Positions 50,435 through 60,700 of a stretch of DNA of 64,000 nt are shown here, piece by piece. The stretch is from an uncultured Nitrospiraceae bacterium. Lineage in GTDB: Bacteria; Nitrospirota; Nitrospiria; Nitrospirales; Nitrospiraceae. The stretch lies in contig CAVSTP010000003.1 of assembly GCA_963730935.1 (NCBI GenBank), positions 32,001 through 96,000 of the forward strand, in the 5' to 3' direction. How positions within the stretch are numbered: position 1 is the stretch's first letter; every line of letters starts with the position of its first letter. A program made the translations under genes and the position numbers. The notes under the pieces are model-generated. The model saw nothing but the letters and a program-made list of their open reading frames with translations. It did no database searches and had not been told where the DNA came from.

Positions 50435-52363
50435 ATGAATCTTATTCAACCAGTGCGACCATCTCTATCAACAGAGAGTTCGGTACGACGCCTACTCCTG
50501 GTGGATCCCTATCCTCGAAACAATCCCTACCACCTCACGGCATCGGAACGCCGAGCCGTATGGTTTCCAAAACTGAGTTTGCCGGTCATCGCTGCTTATA
50601 CACCTGAGTCCTGGTCCGTCGATCTCGTGGACGAAGCTGTCCAGGATGTCAATTTCGATCATCCCTGTGACCTCGTGGGCATCTCCGTTATGACCTGTTA
50701 CGCCCCCCGCGCCTACGAGATTGCCACGGAGTTCAGGAAGCGAGGGAAGAAAGTTGTGTTGGGTGGTGTTCATCCCACCTATTGTCCGGAAGAAGCTTTG
50801 CAGTTCTGTGACGCGGTAGTGTGCGGTGAGGCTGAAGACCTGTGGCCCGAGGTGATAGCCGACTTCATGGCTGGGGCACTGCAGCGCACATACAAGATGA
50901 CAGCGTTTCCCGCGCTGGACCATTACAAAAGTCCGCGGGTGGAACTGTTGAGTCCCGATGCCTATATGACCCGCCAGTGCAGTTTCACGACGCGCGGCTG
51001 TCATTTTGATTGCGAGTTCTGCAGCGTTTCCCCGTTTAACGGCAAAACCACCCGGCGCCGGCCGGTCGAGGAGGTCATCAAGGAACTGACTCAGGTGAAG
51101 CGGTGGGTCTGCGGGGAACTGGTGGACCGCATGTCGAATGACACCCTCTGGAATGCTTTCCTGACTGGATTGCGCATCCGATTGGGTATCGAAGACGGCA
51201 GTATCGTGGCCTTCGTGGATGACCTCCACAACAGCAACCGGGCCTACTGCCGCGAACTGTGGGCCGCTCTGAAACCCTTGAACATCAAATGGGGCTGCCA
51301 ATCCACGTTGTTCTTGGGTGACGACGAGGACATGGTCAAGCTGGCAGCCGAGAGCGGTTGTGTGTCGGTGTTCGTCGGAATGGAATCACTCGATGAAGGT
51401 GCCTTAGCAGAGACGAATAAGCCGTTTAATCGAGTGGAGAAGTTCTCACAAGAGATCAAGATGTTTCATGATCACGGCATCATGGTGAATCCGGGGATTG
51501 TTTTCGGGTTCGATCACGACGACGAATCGGTGTTCGAGCGAGCCGTGGAGTTTCTCACCAAGAACCAGGTGGAATTGGCCTATTTCAACGTCCTCACGCC
51601 CTTGCCGGGGACGGCACTCTTCGATCGCTACAATGCGGCGGGCCGCATCTTCGACCGCGACTGGGCCAAATATGACGGGAAGCATGTCGTCTATCGTCCT
51701 AGTCGCATGACACCGGAGCAGCTACAGGAAGGATTCTTTTGGGCCAACCATCAGTTCTATTCACTTTCCTCCATCTGGAGACGCCTCTCCGGTACCAGCC
51801 AGCGGTTCGTTCCCCGATTGATCATGAATCGAGAGTTTCGCAGGTTGGTGAAACGATCATGTCCCCCGGGGTCCTTATCGCTAGTCGCGACGGCACTCAG
51901 GACATTGCAAGCAAAACTGCCGACATTACAAGTCGCGCACCTGATTCCGAATGCCTTGCATGTGACGAAAGAGAATCGGGAGGGTGAAATCTCGCATGCC
52001 GAGAATCGCTGGTTGAGCATCAAGGCAAAACGGCATGATCAATGCGCGGCCCTGTTCGTAGATCTCGAGGGGACCTTGGATCAGGCCAGCACGCAAGAAT
52101 TGGTCGAGCGGATCACAGAGGCGGCAAAGCGTGCAAGACTCGACATCATCATCAATTTCGAGCATCTGAAGGACGCTACACCAGAGGCTCTACGGGCATT
52201 GGCCGATAGTGAGTTATGGCGAGCCGTCGTGCCATACGCGAAGATACACTACCGGAAGTTCAAGGCGGCGTTCGAGGCGTCGCTCGATGGACTCTCGATT
52301 CCCCGGCTTAGTCTCTTGGGCGAAGATTTCTCCGAGGCAGGAGTTTCACTGCCGGCGAGGTGA
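50435..52363 (+). CDS. B12-binding radical SAM protein with STAS-like C-terminal extension
   Basis: LGGVHPT, GEAE, TRGCHFDCEFC, GMES, LTPLPGT; tail VDLEGTLD...IIINFEHL. Confidence 0.9.
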   Translation: MNLIQPVRPSLSTESSVRRLLLVDPYPRNNPYHLTASERRAVWFPKLSLPVIAAYTPESWSVDLVDEAVQDVNFDHPCDLVGISVMTCYAPRAYEIATEFRKRGKKVVLGGVHPTYCPEEALQFCDAVVCGEAEDLWPEVIADFMAGALQRTYKMTAFPALDHYKSPRVELLSPDAYMTRQCSFTTRGCHFDCEFCSVSPFNGKTTRRRPVEEVIKELTQVKRWVCGELVDRMSNDTLWNAFLTGLRIRLGIEDGSIVAFVDDLHNSNRAYCRELWAALKPLNIKWGCQSTLFLGDDEDMVKLAAESGCVSVFVGMESLDEGALAETNKPFNRVEKFSQEIKMFHDHGIMVNPGIVFGFDHDDESVFERAVEFLTKNQVELAYFNVLTPLPGTALFDRYNAAGRIFDRDWAKYDGKHVVYRPSRMTPEQLQEGFFWANHQFYSLSSIWRRLSGTSQRFVPRLIMNREFRRLVKRSCPPGSLSLVATALRTLQAKLPTLQVAHLIPNALHVTKENREGEISHAENRWLSIKAKRHDQCAALFVDLEGTLDQASTQELVERITEAAKRARLDIIINFEHLKDATPEALRALADSELWRAVVPYAKIHYRKFKAAFEASLDGLSIPRLSLLGEDFSEAGVSLPAR

Positions 52364-52420
52364 CCTCAACTCCGCTGCGAAAACACTCCTTTCACAAAGA
52401 CCGTTCGCACGTTCCGCACT

Positions 52421-53275
52421 ATGTGGTTCTCTTTGACCATATTTGTTGTTCGCCTTCAGACTTGGACAGTCGTCGCGGTCATCATCGCGATGATCGGTCT
52501 CATGGGCTCGCCGGCAGGCACCGCGCCAATTGCGGTGCGGTTTCCGCAGGGCATTGCCCACGGCTTTCTGCTCGTGCGGTCGAGCGCCGGGGAAATCATT
52601 GGCCACGGTGAGATGACTCAGGTCGTCAAAGAGGGAGATCTGCTCGACAGCCGTTTGGTCTTCAATTTCAAGGACGGCTCTCTGCACGATGAGAAAGTGA
52701 CCTTCTCTCAACAGGGTGTGTTTTCGATGCTCCGTTATCACCTGGTGCAGCGAGGCCCGTCGTTTCCGGACCAGATCGAGGTCTCGATCGACCGCAGGAC
52801 GGCGGAATACAAGGTCCGTTCGAGAACGGGGGAGGAAGGGAAGGAAGAGGTGCTGGCCGGAGCCTTGACGCTTCCCAAGGATGTGTACAACGGCATCTTT
52901 GTCACGATGTTGCTGAACCTGCCGAAAGGGGCGAGCGAAATAGTGAACTTTCTCGCCTTCACGCCCGCGCCGGAGATCTTCAAGCTGGAGCTGCAGCTGA
53001 CAGATGAGCAGCACACCGTCCAGATCGGCGAGCTGTCACGGAAGGCGCTGCACTACGTCTTTAAGCCGGACATCGGCATGATTCGGGAGTTGCTCGGTAA
53101 GGCCACCGGCAAGATCCCGTCCCATTTTCACTATGACTGTTGGATCCTGGCCGATGAGGTGCCGAGCTTCGTGCGATTTGAAGGGCCCTTACAACTCATG
53201 GGGCCGGTCGTGCGGATCGAACTGTTGAGCCCCCGTCTGTTGACGAAGCCCGAAGACAAGACGGCCTCGAAATAG
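52421..53275 (+). CDS. Exported hypothetical protein
   Basis: Signal-like N-terminus, beta-rich body. Confidence 0.75.
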   Translation: MWFSLTIFVVRLQTWTVVAVIIAMIGLMGSPAGTAPIAVRFPQGIAHGFLLVRSSAGEIIGHGEMTQVVKEGDLLDSRLVFNFKDGSLHDEKVTFSQQGVFSMLRYHLVQRGPSFPDQIEVSIDRRTAEYKVRSRTGEEGKEEVLAGALTLPKDVYNGIFVTMLLNLPKGASEIVNFLAFTPAPEIFKLELQLTDEQHTVQIGELSRKALHYVFKPDIGMIRELLGKATGKIPSHFHYDCWILADEVPSFVRFEGPLQLMGPVVRIELLSPRLLTKPEDKTASK

Positions 53276-53387
53276 CGTTGGGTCAGCAATTTCGCCTGGA
53301 TATATCACCCTCCGCTACGAGCATTCTCCGGATGAGACATCGGTGGTTGTGAGGGGGAATGCCTTTCCTGTTCTTATTTCCTCAAAA

Positions 53388-53403
53388 TGAGCAATTTTGA
53401 CCA
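53388..53403 (+). promoter_or_regulatory. TGAGCAATTTTGACCA box
   Basis: Exact consensus; downstream -10 is weak (gtacat). Confidence 0.7.
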
Positions 53404-53474
53404 GACCAGGATCTGTCTTGTCTGGTACATGTCACTTCAAACTCCGCACGATTTGGTCTTCCATGCCCATCCGT

Positions 53475-54071
53475 ATGACACACGTCCACCATGCCTCCGT
53501 CTTAGGGCTTCTGTTTCTCGCATCCATAGCGCTGCAAGGTTGCTTAGCCATGGTGTGGCTGGGGGCAGTCGGGGTTGATATGACCCGGACCAGCGAGATT
53601 GAATTCCATCCCTTCGAGAATACGTGGATGGTTGAACTGCAAGAGCGGCAGCAGGTGGGACTGATGAAGAGCATCGCCGTGATGCCGTTCGTCGGTGATC
53701 CGGCAATGGCCGAGCGATGGACCGTTGTGCTTCGAGAAATGACCGATCTTCGTATCGTGAGCCCGTCCGATGCCGCCCAGGTGGACTGCGTCCTGAACGG
53801 GAAAGTCGCCGGTCAAGAACCGACGACAACTTTTGTGGGACTGAAGGAGAGTTCCTCCAGGAGACTATATCTGCATCTGGCGACCGACTCAGGGACCCTT
53901 ATGTGGAAGACAGAGCTGCCCTACACGATTGAAAAGGGGGCTAAGAATCTGGATGAGGAAGCTGTGACGAAGGCGCTCCTGACTCATGTGCGCGCGCATG
54001 CCGATGCTATTGGATTAGCTGAACTGGGAGTGGGAAGCCAACAGATTGTGCCACGGTCCCTGCGTAATTGA
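53475..54071 (+). CDS. Hypothetical lipoprotein
   Basis: LQGC lipobox, SIAVMPF. Confidence 0.7.
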   Translation: MTHVHHASVLGLLFLASIALQGCLAMVWLGAVGVDMTRTSEIEFHPFENTWMVELQERQQVGLMKSIAVMPFVGDPAMAERWTVVLREMTDLRIVSPSDAAQVDCVLNGKVAGQEPTTTFVGLKESSSRRLYLHLATDSGTLMWKTELPYTIEKGAKNLDEEAVTKALLTHVRAHADAIGLAELGVGSQQIVPRSLRN

Positions 54072-54192
54072 TTCGACTGTCACACGGCAGCCTTCACCGA
54101 TGGCCGAGACGTTCTCGATGGCGGGGCAATCCGGAAGAACCTCGAATCTGACGAGGCGCTCTATCGCAGGTCGGCGAAGGGGAGACAGTACC

Positions 54193-54390
54193 GTGAAACT
54201 GGAATCCACTCTTGCTGATCGAATCCTGGAAGCTGTGTCTCAGACGCCTGGCTGTCGGATTGAGGACGTGGTCGGCCAATTTCCGGACTTAACGTGGAAT
54301 CAAATTATCCGCGAACTCGGTCGTCTGAGCAGGAACGGTCAATTGCGTCTCATGTTGAATCGTCGAGGGCTTACTGTCCGGGAGCGCTGA
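54193..54390 (+). CDS. Stand-alone winged-helix-like small protein
   Basis: PDLTWNQI..ELGRLSRNGQL; paralog of the 48458 N-terminal domain. Confidence 0.7.
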   Translation: MKLESTLADRILEAVSQTPGCRIEDVVGQFPDLTWNQIIRELGRLSRNGQLRLMLNRRGLTVRER

Positions 54391-54472
54391 TGAGATCGTG
54401 GTGGTGCCATCCTCTCGCTGGCTTGGAAGTTACACCCTGGACGTTTCCTCCCCGATCTTCAAAGAGAGACAC

Positions 54473-54527
54473 GATGTTTCAGCCGCGCTGACTGCCTTTC
54501 TTCGCGCCTCCTGCTGCCTTCCCGCGC
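54473..54527 (+). ncRNA. Partial leader motif, copy 8 (5' arm and inner stem only)
   Basis: gatgtttcagccgcgctgactgcc...tcgcgc-ctcctgctgccttccc-gcgc. Confidence 0.45.
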
Positions 54528-54710
54528 CCATAACTGTGCGAGTGGGATCAGAGCGCCGGTTCTCTGCCCTGGCATACCGTGGGACCGGAAGTCCTGTGCA
54601 GTCTGAGCGTGTCTTATGGTCGAGCAGTTCAGCGTTCAAGCCATCTATCAGACGCTTCGTTGCAGTTGATTGTGTGAGCCGAATCCGAGGTTAATCCGGA
54701 GCCCAGGCAG

Positions 54711-57700
54711 ATGGTCCGTTCATCAACGACCCTTGATCCAGAGCTGGAAGAACCGATTCGGGCAGAGCTTTTCGGCGTCGAGCGGCTCGAACAGCATGCT
54801 GAAAGTCTTGCGGCTGCCCAGATCATTACCGGCGCCTTACGGCGTGGCCAGTTACTCACGCCACGAGTCTTGGAGAATGGAAGAGTCTTGGTGAAGTCCT
54901 ACCAGATCATCGCCAGCGCGATCCGGGGAGAGAAAACGATTACCCCTGCAGCCGAATGGTTAGTCGACAACTTTCACATCGTGGATGAACAGCTTCGTGA
55001 GATCATCGACGATTTACCACCTGGGTATTACAGGCAGTTACCCAAACTTGCGTCGGGCCACCTGCAGAATTATCCACGGGTGTTCGGAGTCGCTTGGGCA
55101 TTTGTCGCGCACACGGACAGTCGCTTCGACCCCGACATGCTGCGCCGCTTTGTCGCGGCCTATCAGCGCGTGCAGCCGCTGACGATCGGAGAATTGTGGG
55201 CGGTGGCCATTTCGCTGCGCATCGTACTGGTCGAGAACCTCCGCAGGCTGGCAGAGCGGATCGTTCACAGCCGCGCCGCCCGACTGGAAGCCGACGAACT
55301 GGCGGATAGCCTGCTTGGCGCCGCGGCGTTGGCTCCGGAGCCCGTGCCAACCGCTCTTCGCCGCTTAGAGCACAGACCGTTGGCAACGGCGTTTGCCGTG
55401 CAGCTTGTCCAGCGGCTCCGCGACCTGGACCCCAAGGTGCGCCCGGTGTTGGTATGGCTCGACGAACGCCTTGCCGCGCAGGGCACGACCGCCAACGACA
55501 TCGTGCAGGCGGAGCATCAGCAACAGGCGGCTATGAGCGTCACCGTGCGCAATATCATCACCAGCATGCGGTTGACGTCTGCGTTTGACTGGGCGGTGTT
55601 TTTCGAGAATGTCAGTCTGGTCGATAGGATTCTGCAGCGCGACCCCCGCTATGCCGAGATGGATTTTGTCACCCGGGACACGTACCGCCATGCCATCGAA
55701 GATCTCTCTCGGGGTACGGGGTTCTCCGAAATAGACGTGACCGAACGAATCATGGACCGCGCCAAGCGCGCTGCGGGTGAACCACATGCGAGCGGGGAGC
55801 CTGAGCGGGAGCGGCACATGGATCCCGGCTATTATCTCATTTCCCAAGGACGCCAGGCATTTGAGCGGGAACTCGGCTACAGGGTGACGTGGAAGCGCCA
55901 GATCCGCCGCTGGTATGTCCGGGCTTCGGCACCGGGCTACCTGGGATCGATCACGGTGGTGACCGCCATGGTCATGGCCTTGCCGCTGTGGCAAGCCAGT
56001 GAAGTCAACGTCTCAGCCGCGGGGTTCGCGCTGCTCGCCTTTCTAGCTCTTGTCCCGGCGTCGGATCTAGCCATGGCTCTCATCAATCGTACAGTTATGG
56101 CAATCCTCAAACCGCGACCATTGCCACGTATGGAACTGCGGAACGGCATTCCCAAAGAATTGCGAACGATCGTGGTGGTGCCCACGCTGCTCACAAACTT
56201 ACAGGCCATCGATGAGCAAGTCGAACGATTGGAAGTTCATTACCTGGCGAATTCGGATGATGATCTGCGCTTTGCCCTGCTCTCAGACTGGAGAGACGCC
56301 CCGAGCGAACACATGCCGGGTGACGCCGAACTGCTGAACACTGCAGTGGAGGGTATCGCACGCCTGAATAAGCGGTACGGCTCCGCGTCCGGCGGTGGTT
56401 CGCGCTTCGTGCTGTTTCACCGCAGGCGTGTCTGGAACGAGTCCGAGCACACATGGATGGGGTGGGAACGGAAGCGAGGCAAGCTGCATGAATTGAATCA
56501 ACTGCTTCGCGGATCGACAGGCACGACATTTATCTCTGTCGGCGAGCCTCTGTCCGAGTCTTTTCCTTCTGTCCGGTACGTTATCACGCTTGATGCGGAC
56601 ACCCGGTTGCCCCGCGGAGCCGCGCGACGGTTGATCGGCACCATGGCCCATCCTCTGAACCGGCCTCGGTTTGACCGTCTCGCCGGACGCGTCGTTGAAG
56701 GGTATGGAGTCGTGCAGCCACGGATTACGCCGTCGCTGCCGAGCAACGGTGAGGGCTCAGGTTTTCAAGCGACCTTCTCCGGGCCCAGCGGGATCGATCC
56801 CTACGCCTCGGCCGTTTCTGATGTGTACCAGGATTTGTTTCGGGAAGGGTCCTACACCGGCAAGGGGATTTACGAGATCGATGCCTTCGAGGCGGCATTG
56901 GCGGACAAGGTACCGGACAATTCGATGCTCAGTCACGACCTATTTGAAGGGCTCTTCGCTCGTGCGGCCCTGGCGACCGACATCGAACTGTTCGAAGCCT
57001 TTCCTTCCCATTATGAAGCTGCGGCAGCCAGGCACCACCGATGGGCTCGCGGTGATTGGCAGCTGCTGCCATGGATTCTCGGACGCGGACATGCCCGATC
57101 TGAGACGCGTCGCGCGGTGGCCATTCCCGCGATCGGCCGTTGGAAGATCCTCGACAACCTCCGCCGCACCCTGTCGGCCCCCTTCGCGTTTCTGACCTTG
57201 ATCGTCGGGTGGCTCTTACCGGCGGGATCGCCCTGGGTATGGTCCGGGTTTATTCTTGTCACGATTGCCATTCCGTCACTTTTGTCTTTCGTCCTTGGAC
57301 TCTATCCACGCCGGCGCGGCATTGCCTTGCGCAGTCATACTCGTGGAGCGATCGCCGATCTGAAGTTGGCCGCGACTCAGATCGCTTTGACAGTCACCTT
57401 CCTCCCGTACCAGACCTGGCTCATGTCGGACGCAATTCTTCGTACCCTCGGTCGTCTCCTCATCACGCGGACTCACTTGTTAGAGTGGGTGACCGCGGCA
57501 CAGGCCGAGGATGCCTACACGCACAAACTGGCAGGGATGTATCGGCGCATGGGAGGCGGCATCGTTCTCACCGTCGCGGCTGCCTGTGGAGTTGTAGTGT
57601 TTGGGTCGTACGAGTCCTGGGCTGCCGCGGCCCCGTTCATCCTGCTCTGGCTGGCATCTCCTGCCGTTGCACGCTGGGTCAGTTTGCCTCTGCGGCTCAC

Positions 57701-60700
57701 CGGGGCCGGACCGGTCTCGCCAGGCGATGCCCGGACGCTGCGATTGATTGCGCGCCGGACCTGGCGGTTCTTCGAGACGTTTGTGTCACCGGAGGACCAT
57801 GCGCTGCCACCCGATAACTTTCAAGAAGATCCCAAAGCAGTCGTGGCCCATCGAACGTCGCCCACCAATATAGGGCTCTATCTGCTCTCTACCCTGGTCG
57901 CCCGTGACCTTGGTTGGCTGGGTACCATGGAGGCAGCCGAACGGTTGGAAGCTACGCTAGCGACCATGAACCAACTCGTGCTGTTTCACGGACACTTCTA
58001 CAACTGGTACGACACGCGCACCCTCAATCCGCTGGAGCCGAAGTATGTGTCTTCCGTGGATAGCGGCAATCTTGCGGGACATCTGGTGGCCCTGGGCAAC
58101 GGATGCCGTGAATTGATTCAACAATCACCCGTCGAAGGCGACTTGTTTGCTGGAATGGACGATGCTATCGCGTTGCTACGCGAAGCTCTTGCCGATATTC
58201 CGGATCAGCAAGGGACGCATACCGTCACGCGGAAACAACTCAGTCAGGCCGTCGATGTGCTGGCCACGTCGCTGCTGTCGCGGCCGGTCGATGCCGCCGG
58301 CTGGACCACCCGGTTTGCCCAACTGTCCGCTTGGTCCCATACCGTCGCAGATATGGCACAGGCGTTGGCTCAGGAGCGCGCAGATGGGCCCCATAGCGAG
58401 TTGCTCATCTGGGCCGATGCGGTCAGATCCTGTGTCGAGAGCCATCTCCGAGACATGGAGCTGTCGCTTCCATGGGTCCGCTTGAGTAGGAAAGATCTTG
58501 CCGCCATGTTCGACCGTCCGGCCGGGTTGGTGCCTGAGTGGGCGACCATTGCGCCGTTCTTTCATCCCGTTCCCACGTTGGCGACCGCCCCTGAACGTTT
58601 CACGGCCGCGCTCCGTGCGCTCGACCGTTTGCGGGAAGACTCGCTCAGCAATCCGTCACAGAATCGGCCCAGTTTGACAAGGATCGCCCTGCTGGCTGAC
58701 GCCATACAGCAATCAGCCGCGGATGCCGCTGCACTCATCCGCCGTCTCACAATCATCACGCAGACAGTGGAGCAGATGGCTCGCGCCATGGACTTTACGT
58801 TCCTCTTCGATCCGACGCGCAAGCTGTTGTCCATCGGCTACCGCGTAACCGAGAACAGCTTGGAACCCAACTGCTACGACTTGCTTGCATCGGAAGCCCG
58901 GCTGGCAAGTTTTATGGCTATCGCCAAGGGCGACGTGCCGTCATCGCACTGGTTTCACCTGGGCCGTGCTCTGACGCCCGTGGAAAATGGTGCGGCCCTG
59001 ATCTCATGGTCCGGTTCCATCTTCGAATACCTCATGCCGGCCTTGGTGATGCGTTTTCCGGCAGGCAGTTTGCTGAGTCGGACGTATGAGCTGATCGTCC
59101 GTCGGCAGATTCAATACGGTGAAGAACGCGGCGTCCCCTGGGGCGTCTCGGAGTCGGCCTATAACGCGCGCGATCTCGACCTGACGTACCAGTACTCCAG
59201 CTTTGGTGTGCCCGGCCTGGGACTCAAGCGCGGACTCATCGACGATGTCGTCGTCGCGCCATACGCTGCGGCACTCGCGGCCATGATCGATCCCGCGGCC
59301 GCGACGCAAGACTTTGCCCGACTCGCCGAGGCCGGCGGCAGGGGATCCTACGGGTTTTATGAGGCACTGGACTACACCGGCACGCGGGTGCCCGAAGGAA
59401 AAGACGTCGCCATTGTGAGGGCCTATATGTCGCATCATCAGGGCATGTCGTTGGTTGCGATCGCCAATGTCCTGAACGATGGAGTGATGAGGAACCGTTT
59501 CCACGCCGAGCCGATGGTGAGGGCCACCGAACTCCTGCTCCAGGAACGTACGCCGCACGACGTGCCGGTGGCGCGGCCACGCGCGGAAGAAGTCTCTGCA
59601 GTAGCACAAATCCGCGACCTCATTCCGCCGGTGTTGCGGCGATTCACCTCTCCACATGAGGCGACCCCGCGGACACATCTGCTGTCCAACGGCAGGTATG
59701 CCGTCATGCTGACCGCGGCAGGTTCGGGGTATAGCCGGTGGCGGGATATAGCGGTCACGCGTTGGCGTGAGGACGCCACGCGGGACTGCTGGGGCTCCTA
59801 TATGTTTCTTCGCGACACGCAGACTGGCTACGTGTGGTCGGCCGGCTATCAGCCCAGCGGCGTCGAAGCCGACGACTATGAGGTGTCCTTTTCTGAAGAA
59901 CGGGTGGAGATTATCCGGCGGGATGGCGATTGGAGCACGACGCTCGAGGTCGTGGTGTCGTCCGAAGATGATGCTGAAGTGCGGCGCATTTCTGTGACCA
60001 ATATGGGGACAGGAGCGCGCGATTTACAGGTCACCTCTTATGCCGAGTTGTCCCTGGCTCCACAGGCCGTCGATGTGGCCCATCCGGCCTTCGCGAATCT
60101 GTTTGTTCAAACGGAATTCGTGCCGGAGACCGGCGCATTGCTCGCCACGCGCCGCAAGCGGTCGGATGAGGAAGCGACGGTGTGGGCTGCTCAGGTGGTG
60201 GTCGTCGAAGGCGACACCGTGGGTGAACTGCAATATGAAACGGATCGCGCCCGGTTTCTCGGACGCGGGCACCATGTCCGTACAGCTGTCTCGATGATCG
60301 ATGGGCGGCCGCTCTCGAATACCGTTGGGTCCGTGCTCGATCCAGTGCTGAGCTTGCGCCGCACGGTCCGAGTACTCCCCGGCGAGACTGTACGCGTCGT
60401 GTTTTCGACCATCGTTGGCCAGACCCGCGATCAGGTGTTGGATCTAGCCGACAAGTACAGCGACCCGCGAGTGTTTGAACGTGCCATGTCGCTGGGGTGG
60501 ACGCAGACGCAAGTCCAACTCCATCACCTCGGTATCGGAACTGACGAAGCGCAATTGTTCCAGCGACTGGCCAATGCGGTGCTGTATTCCGATGCATCGC
60601 TGCGTCCCTCTTCCGAGACACTCGGTCACAGCACAGTGGAACGTACGGCGCTGTGGGCACATGGGATCTCGGGCGATCTGCCCATCGTACTGGCTTGCAT

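Noticed and set aside
17041..54527. Leader motif as integron attC sites, CRISPR repeats or MITE ends
   Set aside because: No RYYYAAC/GTTRRRY ends, no regular spacers, no target-site duplications seen, and no integrase, cas or transposase gene; copies sit upstream of genes, after promoter-like sequences
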